A DNA stretch of 64,000 nt from Selaginella moellendorffii. Its lineage: Eukaryota; Plantae; Lycopodiophyta. The position numbers were made by a program, and so were the translations under genes. A model generated the notes under the pieces. The model was not told the origin of the DNA, ran no database searches, and saw only the letters and a list, made by a program, of their open reading frames with translations. The stretch lies in the NCBI RefSeq assembly GCF_000143415.4, contig NW_003314271.1, positions 930,001 through 994,000 on the forward strand. Direction: 5' to 3'. Of this stretch, positions 1 to 12,749 are shown piece by piece (positions within the stretch are counted from its first letter, which is position 1; every line of letters starts with the position of its first letter).

Positions 1-11
1 GGATCCGGATC

Positions 12-476
12 GTGCTCAAGACGTTTGATCTCCGGGAGGAGGGTGCGGCGGAGGCGTTTGAGCAGGAGCAGAAGGCTTATGTTGCTATGCAAGACCTCTA
101 TGGCGTTTATACAGCAACTTTCTATGGGGTGGGCAGGCTGCCTCACTTCAACGCGGTCTACTTGGCGCTGTCGGATGAGGGCACAAGGAAGCTTGGAGAT
201 GACCGGGTGACGAGGCACACTGTGGCTGCGTTGAGGCTGGGGCTGAATCAAATCCACATGCGGGGAGTTCTTCATGGGGATCTCAAGAGGTCCAACGTGA
301 TGATCGCTCGCAATGGAGGGCCCCGGTTCCTCGACTTCGACTGCTCTAAGATGCGGCCTAAACTCTGGGAAATGCAGGAGGAGATGGAACAAGTGCAAGA
401 GCTTTTAGTGGAGGTAGGCTGCGAAGAACAAACTACCTTTAAATCTGTTTTCCTTTTTTTCAGCCGATTGACATGA
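12..476 (+). CDS. Protein kinase-like fragment (5' end probably outside the window)
   Basis: Catalytic loop HGDLKRSNV and DFG-like LDFD; GC-rich coding-like composition; no recognisable APE/C-lobe before the stop. Confidence 0.6.
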   Translation: MLKTFDLREEGAAEAFEQEQKAYVAMQDLYGVYTATFYGVGRLPHFNAVYLALSDEGTRKLGDDRVTRHTVAALRLGLNQIHMRGVLHGDLKRSNVMIARNGGPRFLDFDCSKMRPKLWEMQEEMEQVQELLVEVGCEEQTTFKSVFLFFSRLT

Positions 477-2104
477 CAAAATTCTGGAAAGAATGGCTAA
501 AAGCAGGAGGGCTTCCCAACAAGCCTCTGGTAAGTGCCAAGCCATCTTAAGTTTTGTGATTTTCTAGCTTTCTAGCAACCAGGACCTTCACAAAAGGGAA
601 TGGTACTGTCGTTTGGTTATGAAGTATCCCTCCAGGTGTTTCTAATTGATTTATGAATGATGAACAGTTTAATTTATATATTTTGCACAAGGAACACATT
701 CTTTTCCCAAATTACCGTTTTCCCCGTAAGCTTGTTGCTGCACCTCGCTTCCTTGAAGTCATTCACAGGAGTGGTTCGTGAAACCACAGATTTTCACCCA
801 GCGACACACATATCTCCAAAGCCACATTTCTTCAAATGTGGCAAACGCCACACAACCTGAATCCTCGGCTGACATATCATCCCACCTCTTATTGTGCTCG
901 AGCTTGATAATGGACGAGATCCATGATCTAGCACACTCGCAACAAACTGCTTAAGAGATTACAGCTGCTCCTTGATACGGCTGGACTATCGTTGCTAATT
1001 CATTGCCCATGCTGCCACAAGCCACCTACATTTGATGTAGGAGCATGGATCTATGACAGTTGAGATCTATGGTGCCCTTACTTCCCACTCCTCTTATGTA
1101 AATTGATTTATCATAAAGTGTGAACTAATTGCTAGCCTTGACACTAGGAAAAGCAAATGTCATTGATAAGCTCTTCAAAACGGTTGGTGGCATCTCAAGG
1201 TATTATGGATAACCACCCTTGGCCACGACCTCTCCACACTGATGACAGAATTGATTGAACAATTGGACTTTTGGACCTGGTAATCTCTCCAATGTTAGTG
1301 TGATGCTTAGATGAAGGATAGTGTCTTTTTTGGAATTTATGTGAACACCATCAACCTGAGTCACCAATTCAGTTTCACAATCTACAGTGACCTCACCCCC
1401 TGCAATTGGAAAATCCTACAGTGTTATAGGCTATTTTCCATAAGAGATATTGCAAGGAAATGTTTGTTAACAGATTATTGTTCCAAAACAATTACTTTTC
1501 TTTACTTAAGTTTATTTGTTTCTTCAATGCCATTCTAAGTAATGATATAATTGTAGAATTTTAAAATGATAGATGATTTGATGACAATAAAAAATATTAT
1601 AAATATTTTGAGAAAAAGTTACCCTTTTACTCCAAAATAATAACTCTTAACCATCATTTTCTAAAATACAGTATTAAAAAGAGGCAGAAAAAATATTAAA
1701 ACTTAAACATCCTTAAAGGAGATATTCCAATTTAAGTAAGTTAAAAACAGTTATTAAATAATATAAATAATTACAAAAAGTTTACAATATAATTAAACAT
1801 CAACACAATTTTGTTATTTTACTTTAACACATTATAATGTTATTATTGTATAGTCAAAATGCCCATTGATTAGATGAAGATTTGAATGTCTTAATACTAT
1901 TATAATGGGCTTGAGTACAACTACAAACTTCCAATCGTATGACTATCAAAGTTTCAATGTTTACAATGATTCAAGAGTTTAATATCTATGCTAGATGCTT
2001 TAGGATTGTTCTAAGTCACCATGTGCTCTTGTCCCTTTGCTCCTTAGGCTGTACACTCAAGAGTCACTTTGTAATCCAGTTCTTTCACTCCTTGGTTGCA
2101 AGCT

Positions 2105-2941
2105 ACCCAATGCTAAAACTAGTATGCAAAATGGAGCCAAATGAAATCTAATGCTATTTTAGCATATTGATGATATAATGCGAAGATATAAATACTCCAC
2201 CAACTAGTATAGTGTGGAACTTATGCTTAGACTCAAGCCAAACCCAGAATAAAGACAGGCACGCAAGCAAGAGTTAGACTATACCCTAGATTGGTTGGCT
2301 ATGCTTGATTTACCCATTATCCCTACTATACATTTGAAACCCCCCATAGCCCCACCCCCGCTATGAGGAACACATGCTTTGGGCTTTCACCCTTAGCTAC
2401 CCTTAGTACCAAGAGTTAGTTTTTGGGCCAATTTCGAAATTTATTAAATATGGAATGTTTTTAGATTGCGAATTTGGACACAAGAACAACATTATTGTGT
2501 TCAAGACAATGTTTACATTCTGTAGATATACCAAATGAGCAGATCTAAACACTTTTCATAAATAACATATGGGATCAGAATGATACTAACATAAAAGGCA
2601 TGATAGTGAAGGTGTTTAATAGATATGATAAGCTATCATCCAGCAATATTAAGGGACTAGTCTTAATATGCGAGGGTTCTTGTCACTAGCCAATGCAAAA
2701 CACAAGAAGACAGGAACTCTTTACCATGCTAAGTATGCTTAGCCAATAGCATATAGAAATTCCGTCCTTATGCTCGTTTGGTTTAAGTACACTTGAAATG
2801 CCCAATTAACTTTAGTACCACAAGAGGGATTGATAAAGGGTCTAGCAATACCAACTTCCTGCCATCATGGCAATAAAGAAAGAATATCCGAAAGGACTAG
2901 CCGACAAGTAACTTTTGATACCCGAAGTCACATTTGCGACA
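2105..2941 (-). mobile_element. Partial LTR of Gypsy family A, reverse orientation
   Basis: Ends ...gaagtcacatttgcgaca, the reverse complement of the LTR start that follows the PPT at 5024; body matches 37420-38116 and 53800-54604. Confidence 0.75.
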
Positions 2942-5023
2942 TGCATTGAGTCGTCAGGCTCAGTTTCGGGCAATATCAATAATCAGTTTAGACTGGTTGG
3001 AGGATGTTCGAGTTTTATATAGAAGTGATCCATTGGCAAAAGCAATCTTGCACCATGCGGAGTTGTTAAAGCAAAACTTTGGTAGCAAAGTAGCAAAAGT
3101 TGCTAGTCATGTCAATGTGAAGCTTCACTTATCAGTTTGGGATGGGTTTATTTTCTATAAGCAAGAAAGATTATATATTCCTTCCAAGGATTTACAACAG
3201 TTGTTTTTGTGGGAACATCATGATGTTTCAGTAGCGAGATATGATGGAAAATAAAAGACTCTTGCTTCATTGAAAAATGAATTTTTCTGATTTGGTATAG
3301 AAGGTGATATAGTAGATTATGTCCATTCTTACCCTATATGCCAGCAATGTAAGCATAGAACTGAGAAGCAGGCTGGGAAGTTGCAGTGCATTTCAACACC
3401 GGCATGGCCATTTCAAAATATGACACTTGACTTTATCACTTGCTTACTAAAGTCTAAAGGTTATGATATTTTATAGTGATTATGTATCACTTGTTAAAGA
3501 TTCCACACTTCATTCCAACTATGGAAGAAATGAATGCGAAGCAAGCAGTAAAGCTTTTTTTCCATGTAGTAGTACAGATTTATGGTTTTCCCAAAGGGAT
3601 GATCTCGAATAGAGATTTGAGTTTTATGGGGAAGTTTTAGGGCATATTGTTCCAGTTATTCGGTACCAAATTGAAGTTTAGTACAGCTATTATCCTCAAA
3701 CTAATGGGCAGATTGAACGTGTGAATGCTCAAGTTCAGGATTATCTGCATTACTATGTCACGGCAAACCAACATAACTGGGTTGAGCATTTGGGTACAAC
3801 AAAAATCTTTTATAACAACACATTTCACAGCACTATTGGCTATTCTCCATGGGAGATACTACAAGGGAATGTTCATGGGGTTTCTTAATAGATTGTTATA
3901 CCAAAGCTAATGTCTGAAGTGTTGGTCTTAACTATTGAGACTTATGCGGAGCAACTACACTAAGGTTGGTCTATAGTTACTAAAGTGATTGGACAAGGCT
4001 TAGGATAGGTATCGACATGATAAAGATTAGCATCATCGGAATGTATCTTATCAAGTGGGAGACCAAGTGTGGTTATCTTCCCAAAACTTAAATATTAAAG
4101 GATCTTTGTCCCAAAAGTTATTACCAAAATATGTTTGGCCTTATCAAGTGTTGAAAAGAATTAGTGATGTCTCCTATTAGTTGGATATTCCACAAGAGAT
4201 GTCCAAACTTCATGATGGGTTTCATGTTAGTTTACCCCATATCATGAGGATCCTAGCCATTCTGAGGATGTCCATCCAGCTCTAGATGTTGTTGATGGTG
4301 AACCTAAGTACGAAGTGGAAGCTACTTTGGGTACACACTAGGTTAAATGTTTCAAACATCAAGAGTATCTTGTTAAATGGAAGAGTTACCCAATGTGTGA
4401 ATCTAATTGGGAACTGCCCGTGAGCTTGTTACAGAGTAAATAAAAAATAATTTTTGTTAAATCTTGCAAATCAATAAAGTAATATATTTCTATAACATCA
4501 AAAGATTCATTTCTCTCATTCGATGGTTCTTGGGTCAATGTCGGCAAGTTGACTTTGGTACTTTGGTGCATGGTACAATCTATAATCATAGGGATAACTA
4601 TTATAGACTGATCACAAATCCCCACCTTTCTCTTGTTGACTCATTTTTGAAAGAAGCGTGATCATATAAACAACTTCATCTACCAATTTATAATATTTAT
4701 CTAAATCTTCTCAACGGGGTTGATTTCTTGCTTAGGGGAGTTAGGCTTCTGGCTCCCTGCCTATGTCCCTACGGGTAGGAATGTATCATTCCTTTCTAAA
4801 TTGAGTGGTATTTGGAGCAACAAGGGTGGTTAACTTTGTTTTGTCAGTGATGGCTAAAGCGTGTTTAAGTCTTAACGTCTTTGGATGTGAAGGAGAGGTA
4901 GTTCTATTACTCATGTTTCCCACATAGTGTCTTTCTATTAACTTTTGGAGTTATTTTTTTGACGGTTTGCTAGACTCATGTATACATTAATGAGGACATC
5001 CATCTTCCTTAAGGGGGGGAAAG
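2942..5023 (+). pseudogene. Decayed Ty3/Gypsy (chromovirus) integrase + chromodomain, followed by PPT
   Basis: ALSR, HHD..CQQCK zinc finger, TLDFIT, GPY/F-like KYVWPY and YEVE..YLVKWKSYP..NWE chromodomain, with many stops; PPT aagggggggaaag at 5011-5023. Confidence 0.85.
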
Positions 5024-5800
5024 TGTTGCAAATGTGACCTCAAGTAGCAAAATATACTTGTCAACCAGTTCTTATAGACACTTTCTCTTACTGCCATGAC
5101 GACAAGTGGTTGGTACTGCTAGTTCATTTATCAGCCCCTCTTGTCCAAGTGTTAATAAACTAAATTTAGCATTTGTATTTGGTCAGATGAACATAAGGAA
5201 GAAATTCCTAAATGTCTATTTAGCCAAGCATACTTGGCCCGGTTTGTTAATTCTTTTTTGCTCTATTTTGCACTAGTTTGGCAAAAATCATCATGTATTG
5301 AGTCCAATTCTTTAATATTGCTATATGATAGCTTACCATGTCCACCAAATACCCTCACTATCATGCCTTATGTGTTGGTTTTGTTTCGGATGCATATACT
5401 ATTTATGGTAAGTGTCTAGATTCACCTAAAAGGCATATCTATAGAATGTAGAGAGTGTTATAAATTTTATGATGTTGTTCTTGCTCCTTGATTCATGATC
5501 TAACATCATCCCATATTTAGTAAGTTTTTATGCTTATTCCAAAGACTAACTCCTGGTACTAGGGGTGAAAGCCCAAAGCATGTATTCCTCAGAGGGGGGA
5601 TATAGGGGGTTTCAAATGTATATTAGGGATAATGGTTAGAATGTATGTCCGACCATTTAAGACATTAGTTTGGTTTCCATTAGGCTGTATCGCTCCTTGT
5701 TTTTTGTCTAACTTGGGTTTAAACCTAAGCTTCATGCTGCTTTAGTCAGTGGAGTACCCTCCTCCTCACATTAGGTCACTAGTATGCCAAAATCGTGCCA
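5024..5800 (+). mobile_element. 3' LTR of family A (truncated; right end approximate)
   Basis: Starts with TG immediately after the PPT; reverse-complement similarity to the other family-A LTRs. Confidence 0.7.
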
Positions 5801-7868
5801 GACACTATCTTTGCATGCAAGTGCTAGATATGGGGAGCTGGTACTTGTACAATTGTATCAAACTCTCATTTTATAATGTAATGGGCTTGGGGTTTAACTC
5901 CAAATTCAGATACACTACATCTAAAAGGACTAGCCAACAAGTAACTTTCGATACCCGCAGTCATATTCACAACACTAGAAACCTATTAATCTCCATATAG
6001 AAACTCCATACTAGTGACCTAAGATTCATCGATGGAATCATCATAATATTGTATCTTGGAACTTAATCCTCTCTTGCTATGCTTAGAATGGAAGAAGCGA
6101 GAAGTCTTTTGAGATGTTTCAGGAGAAGAGGCTAGATGGATCTTGTCAGCTAGACACCATCACCTTTAGCACTCTACATTATATTTTGTTTTATATATCA
6201 TCCTCTGTTGTAGAGAGGATGCTATATTGGGGCATATTCTCAAACACAAGCCCACCTTTTTTTCTACAATGCAATGTATGTTTATGAAGGTCTAAGATGA
6301 CTTTTACTAATGGTTGCTACCTAAACCCTAAGTTTTAATTTAGTAAATATGAAATGGTGAATTGGGTTTAGAACACTTTTTACATTCTATAAATATACCT
6401 ATTAGACAGATAAACAGTTACCATAAATAACACATAAAGCAACATGATATAATGCTAGTAAATTTATATGAAACACATAATTTACCTAAGACAACTCATC
6501 TAGAGGATTCAACTTATAGAATACATCACCAACTTGGTTCAACACTTAATAAGGACTAACATATCTTTGTAATAGCTTTTGAAACAAAAATCCCTTAACA
6601 TTTAAGTTTTGTAAGGATAATTAAATTTAATTTCCCACTTGATAGGTTATGTTGATCTTTATCACGTCAATACTTATCTTGAGCTTTACCCATTACTTCA
6701 GTTGTGCTCCACATAAATCTCAATGGCTATAGATTTTACTGAAGTAATCTTATATTTCTATATTACCATACATAAAATTATGGATAAAATTTTAGAATAC
6801 ATATAATATCTAAAATTTATCCATAAATAAATAAAATTTCTTGTTATATTATTTATGTGTTTGAATTTAAATGTTTTATTACTTTTTTTTAAAATAATTT
6901 TTAAAAGTAAATGAACAGAAAATAAAATAAGTGCTAGTGTGTTACTATTTCATTGGATGCTTAGACAAATATATTTTTAAGAAAAAAAAATTTCTCTTGA
7001 ATTTTCTATTCTTAATAGTAGAGCATTTATTCAATTCAACCCAAATAATTAGTTTATTTTCTTATTTTTTATTTTTATCATTTTAAAATACAAAACTTAT
7101 GAATTATCATTAATTAAATAGATGTTTATAACAATTGGAACATGGTCTACAACACGTGGCAGCAGACAGTTGCCCGTGCAGCCCCATCTAAAAATAATTT
7201 TAAATCTATAATTCTTTTTTTAAATGTCATAAGCATATAATATTTCTTTGCAATAAATAATTTACATAAAAAATTAGCAATTTGTAAAGTATGCTACTTA
7301 GTTGCATACATTCTAGCTTTTTAAAAATTCTCCATACAGAATTTTGGGGGCCAGTCATAGGCTTGGCTCGCAAATCCGATCGTAGGAACAGTGACCGAGT
7401 CCCACAACTGTGGTAGTGTCTTCAACAAACGGGACTGGATCATTTCTTCGGCATCAGCGTTTCGATTCACTTTCACTCCACCACCCCGTCTCTATGGCCA
7501 TGAACTATGTATAAACTCATGAAGGAATATTTTCCTCTTAAAGAATGAACAGAAAGTAATTTCACAGCTGCAGCCAAAAACACAAGCACAGAATGCTTAA
7601 ACTCAAGACAGCAAAACTTAACCAATCTACTTCTAAGAGATGACGTTATCACCATTTCATGAGATTTGAATTCTGGCTTTCCCCCGATCTTGGTGAAGCT
7701 CGTACTTAGGCAGAAAAATAGGGCATACGTTTTAACACCGAACTGGATCACTCCAGTGCTTGGACGACTAGATCAAGAATGTTCGCTGATATTTGTAAGT
7801 GTAATATCACTTAATTTATTTCTTTTCCCGAGTGATGAATTTTCTGAAGTATACACATTTCCCAGTTT

Positions 7869-8678
7869 CTATTGGCTGATTTTCCGCTTAGCATCGTCGG
7901 CAGTCTTCTTAGCATCCTCGCTCACGTTGCTCGCACCCTTCTTCAGAGAGCTGGTGGCATCGCTAGCCTTGTCCTGCGCCTCATCGCCGCTGCCCTTGAT
8001 CGCCTCTCCAGCGCTGTTTAGTTTGCTCTTGACGTTCCCGGCCGCATCCTCGAACGCTCCAGTAGCCTTATCCTGGATCAAATCCAACACCCATCACCTC
8101 GCGTCACAGAGAGGAAAACAAAGGAATGGGATTTCGACTAGACTTACTTTCCAACTCTCAGCGTCACCTTGTAGATCGGAGCTCTTGCCCTTTGCGTCTC
8201 TCTCAAAGTCCTTGCCCTTCCTCTGGACATCGTGCTTCGCAGAGCCAGCAGAGTCGGCCAAATCGTCGAACTTGTCCCTGGCACCGCTGGTTGCGTCCTC
8301 CGTCTTGTCCCTGGCGTCGCGGGAGGCCCCTGTGACGAAATCCGAGGTTTGATTTGCGGCATCCTTCACCTTGTCCCCGACTTGAGATGCAGCGTTCTTG
8401 ACATCATCCACAATCCCCTGCGCGAGAAGAGAGGAATACAAGTTAGACTCGATCAAAAGATCATCGCATTGATCGATGGGAAAACAGAGGGAGAGTAAAC
8501 TCACATCATCGGCCGCCCTGACGATGCAAACTCGAGATCTTTGCCTCAAGCTCAACTGTGGAAATCTGGCTGCTCCTGTGCTGACGCTCCCGCGGCCAAA
8601 GCTGCTGTGACTCGGTGGTGCAACGCTGATGTTGCTCGCGGCTAGATTGCTCACGCTCGTCGTCATCGCCAATGCCAT
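7869..8678 (-). CDS. Plastid-targeted LEA (group 3/4-like) hydrophilic protein; exons 8678-8505, 8417-8148, 8072-7869
   Basis: Ser/Ala/Arg-rich transit peptide ending VRA; A/D/K/S-rich repeats (DKVKDAA, DKASDAT); GT-AG introns that keep the frame. Confidence 0.85.
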
Positions 8679-8782
8679 TGCGTGTAGGAAAAATTGCAAA
8701 AGATAAGACTGTGTAGTGATTCACGAAAGATGAGATGTGATCGCGAAAACTGGATGAATGAGAGTTGCGTTGGAACAGCGGG

Positions 8783-8910
8783 ATATATAACAGCGTGAAA
8801 TAAATTTCAGGAGAATTTAAGGCTATCGACACTTGGAAAATTTTACAGCAGGTTGTGGCGATGCAACACGTTGCCACGTCCAAAGCTGGCCATGCAAGAG
8901 ACGCGTGTCT
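8783..8910 (-). promoter_or_regulatory. LEA promoter: TATA box, ABRE (ACGTGGC), RY (CATGCA) and CE3-like ACGCGTGTC
   Basis: Motifs clustered about 105-230 bp upstream of the LEA ATG. Confidence 0.55.
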
Positions 8911-9010
8911 CTTGTAACATGAAAGTCTCGATTGAGATTTTAACGCATGTGAAAAAAATCAAATTTTACGTCAATATCAGGCATGTAGCATATTCGTTCG
9001 TACATTCTTG

Positions 9011-9048
9011 TAACCCCTAGGTCGGGGGATCGAAACCCCTCATTGAAA
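9011..9048 (+). pseudogene. tRNA-iMet-like 3' half fragment
   Basis: taacccctaggtcgggggatcgaaacccct resembles the anticodon/T arm of the tRNA at 17421-17492; 5' half not recognisable. Confidence 0.5.
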
Positions 9049-9089
9049 ATAAGACAGGTCGGGCGATCGAATCTTCTCTGCTGGAATGG

Positions 9090-10781
9090 ATGGCCGACGC
9101 TTCGGCAATTCTCAAGCTGCTAGATTCTTGCCGGAGCGTCCCCACTCTCCACGGATCGATCGAGCCCTCACTCGATCTCTCCGGCAATACATTCCTCGCC
9201 AACAAGCTGATCGAGGTCTATGGCAAGCTCGGCAGCTCCCGGCATGCCCGCCGCGTCTTCGATTCGCTCAATCGCCGGGACCAGTTCTCCTGGGACTTCA
9301 TGCTGCTCGCGCACACCAGGAATTTCGAGATCGCCGACGCCGCGGATCTCTTCCTCGCGATGCCCCGCAAGCGATTGATCTCGCACAACATCCTCCTCTC
9401 CGCCTACACCCGGGCCGGCGCGATCGAGGAGGCCCGCCTCCTCTTCGATCGCATGGCGCAGCAGACGCTAATCTCCTGGAACTCCATGCTTGCGGCCTAC
9501 GCCCACGCCGGGCACCTCGAGCGCGCCAAGAACACCTTCGATTCCATGCCCGAGAGGGATCTAATCTCCTGGAACACGCTCCTCTCCTCCATCGCCCAGC
9601 AGAGCGATCGCCCACACGACGCGATCGCCCTCTTCCACACGATGCCGCAGCACAATCTCCTCTCCTGGACCGCGATGCTCGTCGCGAATTCTCGCCAGGG
9701 ATCGCTCGACACTGCAAGAGCAATGTTTGAATCGATGCCACAGCGCGATGTTGTGGTGTGGACGACGATGCTCGTGGCTTATGGCGAGATCGGCGATCTA
9801 TCCAGCGCTCGCTGGTTCTTCGATCGAATGCCCGAAAGAGATCTAATCTCTTGCACAGCGATGCTAACAGCATATTCCCAAAACGGGCAAATAGATCAAG
9901 CCAAAGCACTGTTTAACTCGATGCCAAACATAAACATGGTTGCCATCACTGCGATGTTGGTTCTTAGCGGACAGACCGCATCTCTCGCGGATGCCGAGAA
10001 AATCTTTGACCGGGTCCCGGAGAAGACCCTAGTATCTTGGACTGCGATGCTCGCAGCATATGCCCAGCACGGGCATCTGGAGAACGCCAAGCAAATGTTT
10101 GATTCCATGCCTTTCCACAACACTATTGCCCACACCGCAATGCTCGACGGATATTCCCTGCGAGGGAATATGCTCGCGGCCGAGGAGATGTTTGATACCA
10201 TGCTGGAGAAGAACACTGTCGCGTGGACGTCTCTTCTCTCGGCAAATGCTCACAATGGAAACCTGCGAAGAGCCACGAAGGTTTTCTCGACAATGCCGGA
10301 GAGGAGTTGCAATACCTGGAGTGCGATGCTGGATGCTCTCACGTTTAAGGAGCGTTCTCTCCAAGTTTTTGATGTCTTCCACGGCATGAAAACGATGGAT
10401 TCGCCTGTTGATGCGAGCTTCACGTCGGTTCTCATTGCCTGTAGCCGGGAAGGCAAAGTCTACCTGGGAAGATCCATCTTTGTGTCGATCAGGATGGACT
10501 TTGAGCTCCACCACCGCAGGCAGCACTACGGATGCATGGTCGATCTTCTCGGGCGCGCTGGATATCTCAATGAGGCGCTGGAGCTCATCGGGAGCATGCC
10601 TTTTGTTCCGGAAGTTTGGGAGTGGACGTCGTTTCTATCCTCTTCTCGCCACCATAACAATTTCGCACTGGGCGCTTATGCCGCGACAAATGTTCTTCGT
10701 TTGAATCCCAAAAGCAATGCCTTTGCGCTCCTGGCAGAAGCGTGTTCCAAGCACCACCAAGACTTAGACTCTCCACTTTGA
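9090..10781 (+). CDS. PLS-class pentatricopeptide repeat protein with C-terminal E domain, no DYW (563 aa, intronless)
   Basis: Tandem ~31-aa repeats (A..F..MP.RD.ISW..ML.AY) followed by HYGCMVDLLGRAG and an E-type tail. Confidence 0.95.
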   Translation: MADASAILKLLDSCRSVPTLHGSIEPSLDLSGNTFLANKLIEVYGKLGSSRHARRVFDSLNRRDQFSWDFMLLAHTRNFEIADAADLFLAMPRKRLISHNILLSAYTRAGAIEEARLLFDRMAQQTLISWNSMLAAYAHAGHLERAKNTFDSMPERDLISWNTLLSSIAQQSDRPHDAIALFHTMPQHNLLSWTAMLVANSRQGSLDTARAMFESMPQRDVVVWTTMLVAYGEIGDLSSARWFFDRMPERDLISCTAMLTAYSQNGQIDQAKALFNSMPNINMVAITAMLVLSGQTASLADAEKIFDRVPEKTLVSWTAMLAAYAQHGHLENAKQMFDSMPFHNTIAHTAMLDGYSLRGNMLAAEEMFDTMLEKNTVAWTSLLSANAHNGNLRRATKVFSTMPERSCNTWSAMLDALTFKERSLQVFDVFHGMKTMDSPVDASFTSVLIACSREGKVYLGRSIFVSIRMDFELHHRRQHYGCMVDLLGRAGYLNEALELIGSMPFVPEVWEWTSFLSSSRHHNNFALGAYAATNVLRLNPKSNAFALLAEACSKHHQDLDSPL

Positions 10782-11129
10782 AAAACACAAGCTTACCAAG
10801 TTTTTCCTCGCAAAAGAAAGAAAATCTTTCGTTCTTTAAGACGCGGGCAGAGGATGGACGGTAATTTTCTCCTGGTATGTTCTTCCGCGCCTCTAGAAAG
10901 CCCGACGGAGAAGCAAGCTGACTGTTAGAAGTAAAAGGAAGCTCTCACGTGATTACCATTGATGAGCTATTGACTTTGATCGTTTTTTATACGCCGAGTC
11001 CAAGTGAAGAGCTGGTTCTTGCACGATCTTGATACAATAAGCTTTAGCCAGTTTGCCTGCACGATCAAATCGGCTATGATCGCAAGAACATTATAAAGAG
11101 GAGCTCCATACCTGAGTGAAGAGCAGCCA

Positions 11130-12749
11130 ATGGATCGCCTACACTTCGCTTGGTGCTTGGTATTTTTCTTTCTCGCACAAGTTAGCAGTGCTTCATCTGA
11201 TGTCTTCGATCCGATAGCAGTTCCTGATATGTGCAAAAATGCCAAATATGAAAAGCTGTGCCTAGAGTTAGTAGCGCAGAACCATACCAAGGATGCTCTA
11301 GTAAGGCAAGCAATGCTCCATGCCAAGGACGGGCTCCAAGAGCTGAGGCATTCCTGCAAGAACATGAGCAGCAGTTCAGATCACGGCGAGGGGAAAATGC
11401 ATGCGGCTCTAAACGACTGCTCTGGGCTGCTCGAAGATGCGTCGGAGCTTGTAGATGACTGTCTCTCTGAAGGCTACTATTTCTCTACGACGGCCAAGCT
11501 GGAGGACATCCAGACATGGATGAGTGCAGCACTTACAGATTGGGATACATGCATAGACGGCTTGAAAGACGCTGGAAGTAGCGGAAAATCTGCAGCACGC
11601 AGACTGGAGAAACAAGGAGCCGAAGTGAACACCATGATCAGTACAGCTCTTTCTCTAGTTGCTTCAATGTACCCACCTGGAACGCACCCAAGTCGGTCTT
11701 GGCTGAGAGGAAGAATTCTAGCAACAGCATCCACACCATTTCCAAACGTCACCGTTGCAAAAGATGGAAGCGGCCAGTTTTCCAGCATCTCGGCCGCCAT
11801 CGCAGCAGCACCTACACAATCAAGAACGAGGTATGTCATATATGTGAAACAGGGAACATACGTTGAGAGCTTCGAGGTTCCAAAGTCAAAGCCCAATCTA
11901 ATGCTCCTCGGAGATGGAATCCGCAAGACAATCATCACAGGCAGCAAGAGCGTCCAGAATCCTGGAGTGACAACTTTCACCTCGGCAACAGTGAGTAAGT
12001 GATAGAACAAAAAACAAGTTCTAGCAAATCTAGAACTACGTATGAACTGACAGATCTTTTCAGTCGTGTCGGGAAACAATTTCCTGGGACAAGGGATCAC
12101 CGTCCAAAACACGGCAGGAGCAGTCAATCACCAAGCAGTAGCACTGCGAGTCACCGCAGACAAAGTAGCCTTCTACAAATGCTCCTTCGAGGGATTCCAG
12201 GACACACTCTACGCGCACTCTCTCAGGCAGTTCTACAGCCAATGCCGGATCTATGGCACGGTCGACTTCATCTTTGGAAACGCGGCAGCCGTGTTCCTCA
12301 ACTCGGAGCTCGTCGCTCGAGTTCCAATGACCAACCAAAAGAACACTTTCACAGCACAGGGAAGAACTGACCCAAGCCAAAACACGGGGTTTTCGTTCCA
12401 GGGATGCACCGTGGATGGCAACGCGGACCTCAAGACCGCGATCCGGAGCTTCCCAACGTACCTGGGCAGGCCGTGGAAGGAGTACTCGCTCACCGTCTTC
12501 CTCAAGTGCTACCAGGGGGACGTGATCAATCCCGCGGGATGGCTGGAGTGGGACGGAGATTTCGCCCTCAAGACGCTCTTCTACGGGGAGTACCAGAATC
12601 AGGGCCCCGGATCTGGAACATCGCGGCGCGTGTCGTGGTCGACGCAGATCACTAGCCAGGACCAAGCGAATCGATTCAGCGCTCGGAATTTTGTGGCCGG
12701 GCAGGAATGGCTGCCCCAGACGAGCTTCCCATTCCAGCTCGACGTGTAA
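11130..12749 (+). CDS. Pectin methylesterase with N-terminal PMEI pro-domain; intron 11995-12063
   Basis: Signal peptide, PMEI cysteines (ALNDC, WMSAALT..TC), GRIL processing-site-like motif, VAKDGSG, QAVALR, QDTLY, DFIFG, YLGRPW. Confidence 0.95.

Noticed and set aside
7666-8352. 228-aa plus-strand ORF
   Set aside because: Antisense shadow of the LEA gene
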